From assembly GCA_033762115.1 (NCBI GenBank), contig JANRLX010000002.1:1-41491 (forward strand): DNA of 41,491 nt, read 5' to 3'. The number at the start of each line of letters is the position of its first letter. Position 1 is the stretch's first letter. The translations under genes were made by a program, and so were the position numbers. This document shows, piece after piece, positions 17,276-25,654 of the stretch. The notes under the pieces are model-generated. The model was not told the DNA's origin and made no database searches. It saw nothing but the letters and a program-made list of their open reading frames with translations. This stretch comes from Verrucomicrobiota bacterium (lineage in GTDB: Bacteria; Verrucomicrobiota; Verrucomicrobiia; Limisphaerales; SXQI01).

Positions 17276-18364
17276 ATGAATAAAACCAAAATCGCCCTCC
17301 TCGGGGCCGGATTCATCGCGGACATCCACATGGAATCGTACCACCGCTTTGTTCCCGATGCCGAGGTGGTTGCTGTCTATACCCGCAGCAGGGACAAGGC
17401 AGCGGCATTCGCAAAGAAGCATCACATCGCAAATAGCTATGACTCCCTGGAAGCTGCCATTGAACAATCCGGCTGTGATGTCGTCGATATTTGCATCCCG
17501 AATTTTCTTCATCACCGCGCCACCCTCGCTGCTGCCAAAGCCGGAAAACATGTCATTATTGAAAAACCGTTCGCCATGACTCTGGAGCAAGCGGACGAGA
17601 TGATCGCGGCCTGCCGAACCGCTGGCAAAAAACTCATGTACGCTGAGGAACTTTGTTTCGCTCCAAAGTATGAACGGGTTCGCAAACTCGTTGGCGAAGG
17701 CGCTGTCGGTTCCGTTTACATGATGAAGCAGAGCGAAAAGCATTCCGGCCCTCACAGCGATTGGTTCTACGATATTAACCAATCCGGTGGTGGCGTCCTG
17801 ATGGATATGGGCTGCCACGGCCTGGCCTGGTTTCGTTGGATGCTTGGTGGAAATCCCAAAATCATCAGCGTTTTCTCCACCATGAACACGTTTCTTCACA
17901 AGGGAAGGACCAGGGGAGAGGACCATTCCGTCACCATTGTCGAATTTGAAGGAGGCATCCTCGGCATTGCGGAAAACAGCTGGGCCAAACATGGCGGAAT
18001 GGATGACCGCGTCGAGGTCTACGGGGATGGTGGCGTCACTTATGCCGACCTTTTCATGGGCAATTCGGCCCTGACCTACAGCGAAAAAGGTTACGGTTAT
18101 GCGCTGGAAAAGGCAGGCACCACGCAAGGTTGGACTTTCACCATTTTCGAGGAGGCATTCAATCAGGGTTATCCGCAGGAACTCGCACATTTCATTGATT
18201 GTGTTCGGAATAACAAGCAGCCTCTTGTGACGGGTGAAGATGGCAGGGCTGTCCTGGAAATGATGTATGCCGCCTATCAGTCAGCTCGCACAGGGCAAAA
18301 AGTCCAGATGCCGTTCAGCGCAAAAGTAACCAAGCCAATTGATCTTTGGCTCGATTCCAAATGA
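17276..18364 (+). CDS. Gfo/Idh/MocA family oxidoreductase
   Basis: IALLGAGFIA Rossmann motif, ICIPNFLH, GKHVIIEKP, GGGVLMDMGCH. Start ATG 17276. Confidence 0.93.
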   Translation: MNKTKIALLGAGFIADIHMESYHRFVPDAEVVAVYTRSRDKAAAFAKKHHIANSYDSLEAAIEQSGCDVVDICIPNFLHHRATLAAAKAGKHVIIEKPFAMTLEQADEMIAACRTAGKKLMYAEELCFAPKYERVRKLVGEGAVGSVYMMKQSEKHSGPHSDWFYDINQSGGGVLMDMGCHGLAWFRWMLGGNPKIISVFSTMNTFLHKGRTRGEDHSVTIVEFEGGILGIAENSWAKHGGMDDRVEVYGDGGVTYADLFMGNSALTYSEKGYGYALEKAGTTQGWTFTIFEEAFNQGYPQELAHFIDCVRNNKQPLVTGEDGRAVLEMMYAAYQSARTGQKVQMPFSAKVTKPIDLWLDSK

Positions 18365-19077
18365 ATATTCTGAAATTTGATCAGGAATCCACCTGGGTGG
18401 AAGGTATCGTCACCTTTTGGCGTGACCGCCTCCTGCACAATCCCGCCCTCAAAATGTGCCTTCCCACCGGACTCACGCCAAACCAGGCTTATGCCGAAAT
18501 GGCACGCTGCTGCAAAAAAGGACAACTCTCCTTTTCCAAAACCAGCATTTACCTCCTCGATGAGTATGGCGGCCTTTCTGCCACTGACCCTGGCAAATCC
18601 TTCAACATGCTCAAGGAACGCCTTATCAATCACATCGATTTGCCGAAGGACAAATTTCATTTCCTCAATACCGAAGCCACCAAACTTGATGAGGAATGTA
18701 AAGGTTACGAAACTGCCATCGGCGGGCGTTTTGACCTCGTTTTATTGGGCATTGGATTAAACGGGCACCTGGGGCTTAACGAGCCTGGCTCAGAAATCGA
18801 AAGTGGCGTTCGCAAGGTCCGTCTCGCTCCCAGTTCCCGCGAATCCTGCCAACGTTACCTCAAACATAACCAGCTTCCAGAATGGGGATTGACCATCGGC
18901 CTCAAACAGTTGCTCGCCGCCAAAGAGGTCTGGCTGCTGGCGAACGGTGGCAAAAAAGCTGAAATCATTGAACGAACCGTCAGGGGTGAAATCAGCAACC
19001 AACTTCCCGCCTCACTTTTGCGGAACCATCCCAAATGCTTCCTCTTTGTCGATGGTGAGGCAGGCAGCAGGTTGTAA
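18361..19077 (+). CDS. nagB: Glucosamine-6-phosphate deaminase/isomerase family
   Basis: LPTGLTP, LDEYGGL, LLGIGLNGHLGLNEPG, LPASLLRNH. ATGA overlap with the upstream gene. Confidence 0.85.
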   Translation: MNILKFDQESTWVEGIVTFWRDRLLHNPALKMCLPTGLTPNQAYAEMARCCKKGQLSFSKTSIYLLDEYGGLSATDPGKSFNMLKERLINHIDLPKDKFHFLNTEATKLDEECKGYETAIGGRFDLVLLGIGLNGHLGLNEPGSEIESGVRKVRLAPSSRESCQRYLKHNQLPEWGLTIGLKQLLAAKEVWLLANGGKKAEIIERTVRGEISNQLPASLLRNHPKCFLFVDGEAGSRL

Positions 19078-19079
19078 GG

Positions 19080-21248
19080 CTACCGCGGAAAACGAATGGT
19101 CGCCTTTGTCGTTCCCGGCGGCAGAATAAAATCCCCTTCTCCCGGAACTTCCTTTCCTCCTGTTTCGACCGTTGCGTTCAGCTCCGGAGGTAATCGCAAC
19201 AAAAATCCTTCGCTCGGCTTTGCTCTCCCTCCCAACTTCAGGACAGCCTCTCCATTTTCTCCCGCATATTCCAGGTTCAACATGCCAAAATAAGTCGGAA
19301 ACTGGTTAAGCAGGATTGGCCCGCCACTTCTTAAAGTACCTGGTGAAACCCCCGCAAACAGCACCAGCCGGTTCCCATTTTCAAACAGCAACGAATCACG
19401 CATTAACAAATGCAGTTCCGCAATCGCCCATCCATGTGGCATCGCGACACTCTCTTTTCCCTGCTGCCATTTTGTGAGTGCCCGGTTCCACCCTCCCGTT
19501 CCTGAAGGTCCTCCCTCGTCAAACGCATACCATCCCAGCATCTGCTCATGCGCCAGGTGAATATCCAGAGTCTCAAACCCTGCCGCGCGGTTCCCCGCCA
19601 GCAACCCCTGATGCGCCCGCGCCAATGGAAAATATCTCCAATCCGTCGGCTGCTGCGCTCCAAATTTTTTAAACTGCTCCCATCCCTTCCCCTCCTCCAG
19701 CGGATACAACCGGCAAGGCCACAACACAGAATAACTTCCATATTCCCTTGGCAGGTCTTTGCCGAACCGCACATCGTAACTCAACATCAACTGGTCAGCC
19801 AGGCTCTCCCACTCCCGCGCTTCAGCGCTTTTTTCCAGCGCCCGTGCCAGCAACGCAGCCGCCCGCAATCCGGCAATATCAAACGCTTCCGTGTATTCCG
19901 GATGAAACCCGTCGCAACTTCCCGGCTTTAATATCTGCCGCGCTTCGGGTAACACCGCCTCTCCATAATTCAGGCTCTGCGAATCCACATAATGCGGTCC
20001 CGGTGTGGTGCGATAATACCGGATCATCCCTGCAATCTGCCGCGCTGCCGGATAAATCCTTTCCGCCCATTTTTTATTTCGCGTAAACAGCCAATGCTCT
20101 CCCATGATCCAGAGAATCTGCCCAGGGTTATCCGCTTCAGGCTCCACCCGCCCGTTAAACGGATGCTTGATGAAATAATCGATTGCCTTCTCCGCCAGTT
20201 CGAAATGCCCCGCCTTCTGAAAAATATTCGCGATGTAAACTCCGTCCCGATTGAACACATTGTAATTGATGACCGAAACATCCGGCGCTCCCTCGTTCAT
20301 GTTCATTGCCACATGTCCAATCATCGCGCTGAATGCTTCAGTCCAGCGCGGGTCGGGAAATGAAAATCGCGTCCGCCCCGTCAGATCTGCCCAGTAAGCC
20401 CGCGCTTTAGTAAACAATGAATCCACATTCAACTTCGCATAAAAGCTTTCAGGAGGGTTCCCCTGCAATTGGCCGCCGCTCTCAACAAACAACGGCGCTT
20501 CATCGAACTGCGCCCATTTGCTTTTTCCGTCCCACTGATGTCCAGTCACACGTCTCCCTGGATGCACCGGTGAAACAAACCCGAAGGTTCGCGTTTCATT
20601 GGCCTTCAGGGTCACCTGGAATTGCAGCACCGCACTGTCAGCCCCGGGCACAGTTCCATTCTGCGGCGACATCAATTGCTCACTAAAACTGCTGTCCTTG
20701 AGCAGAAGCACCTGGTTTGGTGGCGAAACCGAATACAACCCCACCCGGTCGTTCACCATCACAAACCGGGGATCACTCCCGCTCCTGATATTCGTGATCG
20801 CATTTCCCGCAGCCCCCACGGGGCGGATTGCCACCAGCAAATCGATATGCTGTGTGGAACGGCTCTCATTACGCAGGAAAACCCGTGATCCAACCAGTTG
20901 CAGGTTGGGCTGCTGCTCCACCTGGCAAACCTCCGAACGAAAATAAATTTCCCCTGCTGACCATTCAGTCCAGGGAATTAGGTACCCTTCCGGGGTGAGC
21001 CCGTGCGAACTCGGCACATTAGTCATCGTCGGCGCAAGCAACAGCCCGGAAGTGGCATGCCGTGAAAGAAAATAAACGCCGAAGGAACCGAACCCCGGAG
21101 AATAATTACCCTCTGCCTCCACGAAGGTTTTCAGGGTATCAACTGAATTGGCGATCCCGATGGGAATATGCTTCCTGCCGCGTGGCGCGAACTCATCCGC
21201 AAACATCACAGCACAGCCGAAGAGGAAAATAATCAGGCGAAGGAACAT
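19080..21248 (-). CDS. Secreted protein with C-terminal six-hairpin (alpha/alpha)6 glycosidase-like domain
   Basis: Signal peptide; YNVFNRDG, EADNPGQILW and MPHGWAIAE motifs resemble uncharacterised six-hairpin glycosidases. Start ATG 21248 or TTG 21269. Confidence 0.65.
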   Translation of the reverse strand: MFLRLIIFLFGCAVMFADEFAPRGRKHIPIGIANSVDTLKTFVEAEGNYSPGFGSFGVYFLSRHATSGLLLAPTMTNVPSSHGLTPEGYLIPWTEWSAGEIYFRSEVCQVEQQPNLQLVGSRVFLRNESRSTQHIDLLVAIRPVGAAGNAITNIRSGSDPRFVMVNDRVGLYSVSPPNQVLLLKDSSFSEQLMSPQNGTVPGADSAVLQFQVTLKANETRTFGFVSPVHPGRRVTGHQWDGKSKWAQFDEAPLFVESGGQLQGNPPESFYAKLNVDSLFTKARAYWADLTGRTRFSFPDPRWTEAFSAMIGHVAMNMNEGAPDVSVINYNVFNRDGVYIANIFQKAGHFELAEKAIDYFIKHPFNGRVEPEADNPGQILWIMGEHWLFTRNKKWAERIYPAARQIAGMIRYYRTTPGPHYVDSQSLNYGEAVLPEARQILKPGSCDGFHPEYTEAFDIAGLRAAALLARALEKSAEAREWESLADQLMLSYDVRFGKDLPREYGSYSVLWPCRLYPLEEGKGWEQFKKFGAQQPTDWRYFPLARAHQGLLAGNRAAGFETLDIHLAHEQMLGWYAFDEGGPSGTGGWNRALTKWQQGKESVAMPHGWAIAELHLLMRDSLLFENGNRLVLFAGVSPGTLRSGGPILLNQFPTYFGMLNLEYAGENGEAVLKLGGRAKPSEGFLLRLPPELNATVETGGKEVPGEGDFILPPGTTKATIRFPR

Positions 21249-21360
21249 CCGTACAATCTGCCTCTCCAAAAACCGCGCGCAATTCTTTTCAACTCACCAT
21301 CGCATCCGGCATTTTCCATTAATTCCCATGAGAAATGACGCTCCCTCGATGATTGGGTTT

Positions 21361-22431
21361 TTAAATCTTAACCTTGAACTCCTCCCCTTTCTTCAACGAA
21401 AGGGCAAAGGCCGCCATCAGCTCGGGTATTTGTTGAAGATCCTTCAAATTCACCATTTCAACCGGGGAATGCATGTAACGATTCGGCAAGCTGATCAAAG
21501 CGCTCGGAATTCCTCCACGTGTCCAGAAAATCACGTCGGTATCCGTTCCACTGGAGGCGGACATCGCTTCATGCTGTAAATCAATCTTTTTTTCCTTGGC
21601 GACTTTCTCCAGTCGTTCCACCACCACAGGATGATTGCAACCGCCATGTGTTAATGCAGGCCCTTTTCCCAGTTCGATATCCCCATGCTGACATTGGTTC
21701 ACCGTCGGATAATCGGTTGCGTGCGTCACGTCCACAACCAACGCAATGTTGGGATGAATCGAATAAGCGATCTGCCGCGCACCCAGCAATCCCACTTCCT
21801 CCTGGATGTTCGACACCGCCGAAACTTCCGCTTTCAGCTTCTCTTTTTGCGAGGAAAGAATGCGTAATGTTTCCGCCACCGCCCAGGTCCCGATTCGATT
21901 GTCAAACGCCCTCGCCACCGCCAGATCACCACGCAATAGTTCAAACTGATCAGCCAGGGTGATGGGGTCACCGATCTGCACCAGCTTCAACGCTTCTTTC
22001 CTGGAAGAAACACCAATATCGATGAACAAATCCTCCATCTTTGGCGCTTTCCTCTCTCCTTCCATTTTCGTCAGGTGCGGTGCCACATTTCCCACCACCC
22101 CCGCCACCGGACCCTTTCGGGAATGAATCACAATCCGTTGCGCCTTGGTGATCGCCGGATCAATCCCTCCGAGTTTGCGTACATAAATAAATCCATCCTT
22201 GTTGATGAAATTCACCGTCATCCCGATTTCATCCGCGTGCCCGCAGATCATCAATCGTGGCGAACCTCCCTTGTTCAGGATCGCCACTGCATTACCATAG
22301 GCATCCGTGTAGGTCTCATCCGAAAACTCAGAAACATAATTCAGCCATACCCGCTGCCCTTTTGCTTCATGCCCGGAGGGGCTTGGCGTGTTGATCAGGG
22401 TCTCAAGAAATTTCAAGGATGTGTCGCGCAT
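21361..22431 (-). CDS. M42 family metallopeptidase
   Basis: PSPSGHE, GHADEIG, LFIDIG, AFDNRIG, QEEVGLLGA, VDVTHATD, GTDTD, PNRYMHSPVE. Start ATG 22431. Confidence 0.95.
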   Translation of the reverse strand: MRDTSLKFLETLINTPSPSGHEAKGQRVWLNYVSEFSDETYTDAYGNAVAILNKGGSPRLMICGHADEIGMTVNFINKDGFIYVRKLGGIDPAITKAQRIVIHSRKGPVAGVVGNVAPHLTKMEGERKAPKMEDLFIDIGVSSRKEALKLVQIGDPITLADQFELLRGDLAVARAFDNRIGTWAVAETLRILSSQKEKLKAEVSAVSNIQEEVGLLGARQIAYSIHPNIALVVDVTHATDYPTVNQCQHGDIELGKGPALTHGGCNHPVVVERLEKVAKEKKIDLQHEAMSASSGTDTDVIFWTRGGIPSALISLPNRYMHSPVEMVNLKDLQQIPELMAAFALSLKKGEEFKVKI

Positions 22432-22439
22432 CTGTCCGG

Positions 22440-22467
22440 AATATAGGGATGCCTTCAACTTTGCCAA
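22440..22467 (-). promoter_or_regulatory. Sigma70-type promoter of the M42 peptidase (leaderless-type)
   Basis: Minus strand TTGGCA-N16-TATATT, 8 nt before the ATG. Confidence 0.55.
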
Positions 22468-22519
22468 GCAACCTCGTTATTAAGTTTTTTCCTGATGCCT
22501 TTTTAGGTATAACTCAAAT

Positions 22520-22634
22520 TGGCAATTCCGTACCTCCTCGCCTATGTTACGGAAGCGTGACATTCGGGTGCAGTTGCCATACTCCCCGGACACGATCGGG
22601 CGACTCTGCTTCGTGGGGCCGCCTTTTTCTTTTT
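22520..22634 (+). ncRNA. Candidate small structured RNA (sRNA or attenuator) of unknown family
   Basis: P1 TGGCAA/TTGCCA encloses P2 TTCCGTA/TACGGAA with a CCTCCT loop; ends in an intrinsic terminator with no plus-strand gene upstream. Confidence 0.5.
22599..22634 (+). terminator. Intrinsic terminator in a divergent intergenic region
   Basis: GGCGACTCTGC-TTC-GTGGGGCCGCC followed by TTTTTCTTTTT. Three G-U pairs work only on the + strand. Confidence 0.75.
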
Positions 22635-22652
22635 CTCCTTCCATGGAATTGC

Positions 22653-22680
22653 TTGACGGCTCTTTCCCTCTTTGCACATT
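22653..22680 (+). promoter_or_regulatory. Candidate sigma70 promoter of the Tat oxidoreductase
   Basis: TTGACG-N16-CACATT, then AAGGAA SD before ATG 22707. Confidence 0.45.
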
Positions 22681-22706
22681 TATGCACCAATCCAACAAGG
22701 AACATT

Positions 22707-24014
22707 ATGCCGATGACGCGTCGAAATTTTATTAAAAACTCAGCTCTTGCCAGCACCGCATTCAGTGCTCTTCCCATTCTTGGTCAAAAATCGGACGGCA
22801 AATACACAGTTGCGCTCGTCGGCACCGGTTGGTGGGGAATGAATATTTTACGGGAAGCGGTTGCCTCCGGGATTTGCAAAGTGGTTGGCATGTGTGACGT
22901 CGATCAAAAGCAGCTCGAACGCGGCATGATCGAGCTGGAAAAGCTGACTTCAGACAAACCGAAGCGGTATTCCGATTTCCGCGAGTTGCTCGAGGAAAAG
23001 CAACCGGAGATTGTCATTGTCGCCACGCCGGACCATTGGCATCCCCTGATCACCATTGAAGCAGTGAAAAATGGCGCTCATGTCTATGTGGAGAAACCAG
23101 TCGGCCACACTGTTCGCGAAGGCCGCGCCATGGTCAATGCCGCCCGTAAGTATGACCGGGTCGTGCAGGTCGGCACTCACCGCCGTGTCAGCCCCCACAA
23201 TGTCTCCGGAATGAAATTTCTGAAAGAGGGCAAGGCCGGGAAAATCGGAATGGTCCGCGCTTTCGTGCATTATCCTGGCGGACCAGGTGAGTGGGTTGAA
23301 AACAGTGAAACACCTGCCGGCCTTGATTGGGATATGTGGTGTGGACCCGCCCCGCTCCGTCCATACAACAAGATGATTCACCCAAAAGGGTTCCGCAATT
23401 TTCTGGATTACGCCAACGGCACCCTGGGCGATTGGGGAATTCATTGGATGGACCAAATCCTCTGGTGGACCGAGGAAAAATATCCCAAACGCATCTTCTC
23501 CACCGGCGGTCGGCACATTAAAATCGATAATACAGACGCTCCCGACACCCAGGTCGCTTCATTTGAATTCGAGTCCTTCACCGCTGTCTGGGAACATCGC
23601 CAGTACGCCGCCAACAATGCTGAAAAGACCCATCCCAATCAACCGGTCGGATGTTATTTTTACGGCACCGAAGGGACTTTCCACATGGGCTGGCTCGATG
23701 GCTGGACTTTCTACCCTTCCAACAGGAACAAGCCAGTCATTCATGAAGATGCAAAATTGAATGAGCCCGACCAGCAGAACATCAAGGAACTGTGGGCCGA
23801 TTTCATCCAGGCGATTCGAACCGGCACCCAGCCTGTTTGCGATATTGAAATTGGACATCGCTCCACCAACATGAGCCTGCTCGCGATGATCTCCCTCAAG
23901 GCTGGCCGCAGCATTGAATGGGATGGCAGCAAGGAGAAGATCATCGGTGATGATTACGCGAATTCCCTGCTGCAACGGGAATATCGTGGACCCTGGATTT
24001 ATCCCAAAATCTAG
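22707..24014 (+). CDS. Tat-exported Gfo/Idh/MocA oxidoreductase
   Basis: TRRNFIK twin-arginine signal; VGTGWWG, VATPDHWH, VYVEKP, LDWDMWCGPAP, DWGIHWMD. True start is 22707 or 22713, not 22419. Confidence 0.93.
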   Translation: MPMTRRNFIKNSALASTAFSALPILGQKSDGKYTVALVGTGWWGMNILREAVASGICKVVGMCDVDQKQLERGMIELEKLTSDKPKRYSDFRELLEEKQPEIVIVATPDHWHPLITIEAVKNGAHVYVEKPVGHTVREGRAMVNAARKYDRVVQVGTHRRVSPHNVSGMKFLKEGKAGKIGMVRAFVHYPGGPGEWVENSETPAGLDWDMWCGPAPLRPYNKMIHPKGFRNFLDYANGTLGDWGIHWMDQILWWTEEKYPKRIFSTGGRHIKIDNTDAPDTQVASFEFESFTAVWEHRQYAANNAEKTHPNQPVGCYFYGTEGTFHMGWLDGWTFYPSNRNKPVIHEDAKLNEPDQQNIKELWADFIQAIRTGTQPVCDIEIGHRSTNMSLLAMISLKAGRSIEWDGSKEKIIGDDYANSLLQREYRGPWIYPKI

Positions 24015-24041
24015 CTGATCCCAGGCAACAAACCCGCGGCG

Positions 24042-25640
24042 TTATTTCTGCCCGGGTTTGTTGAATTTAAATGCCGCACGGATCACTTGTTTGGCTCGTT
24101 CCAGCGGCAACTCCGTGCTTTCATACGGAACCACTGCGGAAACGATTTCCGTGGCGGACCGCCCTTTGTCATAGAGCGAAAGCTTGGATTTGACAGAGGC
24201 AAAATCGAGGTAGTTGATTTTGGTATTTCCCTGGATCGGTGATCCATTCCGCCATGCGCCCCAAAGCTGAAGAACAGTCACGCCACTGGGATGCTTGAAT
24301 GGAAAAGCCTTCCACTGTGTCACAGTTCCATCAAACTCCAGTTCAACAGGCATCGGTTCACCGTTCTGCACCCAGCCTGCGCCAGTCATGCAGATTTCAG
24401 GGTTGTGCCAGACAATATTGAAATTGTCCCGTTTCGGTTCCCAGAAAAAATAATAGCAATCCGCCCGCCCACTCGGAAGGTCCGTAGCAAGATGACGGAG
24501 GTACCCGCCGCTGTTATATTTCAAGGCTTCAATGATCGGTTTGGGAACGGGCATTTCCTGGTTGGGCACACCGTTCCCCAGGATCGGCGTAAAATAAGGG
24601 GCTTTCTGCCCTTCTGTTGTCATGGCTTCGTAAGCAAGCCAGCCATGCGCGGGTAATACTGCCAGCACACCAAGGATCGCAACTCCTGCCATTCCTGGCA
24701 GCGCCGCCAGTTTACCAGGCAGCCATGAACCAATCGGCGTGGGCTTGACCAGTTTCGCCGAATCAGCGGACATCAGCAATTTGCCAAAACCCCACACAAG
24801 CAGCGGCAACACCAGCGAAATGCCGATCCCGACCTGGTCATGCAATTTTTCCAGGACTGCCATTCCTTTCAGTTCTACTGCATAGCAGAGAATGAACGTG
24901 CGAATCAGGTTAAGGATAAAAGCGGCGATCACCGTCAGTAAAAAGAGACCCACCCGACGGCCCCCGCTCAAATAAAACAGTTCCCCCACCGCCAGTGAGT
25001 ACATAATGCCGGATTGCAGCGAACGAATGCCGCTGCACGCCTCCTCGATCCCGAGCAGGCCTGCGTTTAACCGAATGACTGTTCCCTGCGCCACTGCTTC
25101 CACTCCCATAAAATGAAGCACTTCCGTGATGATTACAGTGACGTTCTTCATCAAACCCATCGTCACGTTATTCTCGAATGAGGAAACCCAGGGAATGGCG
25201 GAGAGGAAAAAGAGAGTGGGAAATAAAATGCGGCGAAGCAGCGCCATGCCGCCAATCTGGAATGCAATCAATAATGTGATCGCCACGCCATTCAGGGCGA
25301 TTGCCCAGATGATCACCCGGGAAGTAGGGAGAGCAATCCGCAAATATTCCAGGGGCAAAATTAGAAGGCAGAGCAGGTAAAGCCCGGTCATGCCGGATTT
25401 TTCCGGGAGAAAAGATTCAACGGGAGGGTTCTCAGTCAGCTTGCGCCAGACAAAGTACGCCGCCAGAAAAGGAACGAAATAGCCGTAGGAATATTGCTCG
25501 AGGTCACGCCAGAACGGCAAACAGGCATTGCAGACCCACAACCAGGTCCCGGCCAGAATCCAAAGCGGAATCGATGCCGCCGAAACCAGGGAAAAGTTTG
25601 AGCTTGCAGGCAGGGTTTGCGCTGGCGCCGTGGAGATCAT
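24042..25640 (-). CDS. Exosortase/archaeosortase family protein with fused EpsI-like C-terminal domain
   Basis: Multi-TM N-terminal part with YSYGYFVP and catalytic Cys/Arg/His motifs EEACSGIRSL, NLIR, LHD; soluble C-terminal part with HNPEICMTGAGW. Confidence 0.88.
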   Translation of the reverse strand: MISTAPAQTLPASSNFSLVSAASIPLWILAGTWLWVCNACLPFWRDLEQYSYGYFVPFLAAYFVWRKLTENPPVESFLPEKSGMTGLYLLCLLILPLEYLRIALPTSRVIIWAIALNGVAITLLIAFQIGGMALLRRILFPTLFFLSAIPWVSSFENNVTMGLMKNVTVIITEVLHFMGVEAVAQGTVIRLNAGLLGIEEACSGIRSLQSGIMYSLAVGELFYLSGGRRVGLFLLTVIAAFILNLIRTFILCYAVELKGMAVLEKLHDQVGIGISLVLPLLVWGFGKLLMSADSAKLVKPTPIGSWLPGKLAALPGMAGVAILGVLAVLPAHGWLAYEAMTTEGQKAPYFTPILGNGVPNQEMPVPKPIIEALKYNSGGYLRHLATDLPSGRADCYYFFWEPKRDNFNIVWHNPEICMTGAGWVQNGEPMPVELEFDGTVTQWKAFPFKHPSGVTVLQLWGAWRNGSPIQGNTKINYLDFASVKSKLSLYDKGRSATEIVSAVVPYESTELPLERAKQVIRAAFKFNKPGQK

Positions 25641-25654
25641 TCAATCCAGAGGAA

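Noticed and set aside
17213..18190. 325-aa minus-strand ORF
   Set aside because: Antisense shadow of the Gfo/Idh/MocA gene.
22544..22735. 63-aa ORF over the sRNA candidate, or a type I toxin on the opposite strand
   Set aside because: The ORF runs through the terminator and lacks an SD; the antisense AGGAGG is followed only by TTG-CCA-ATT-TGA.
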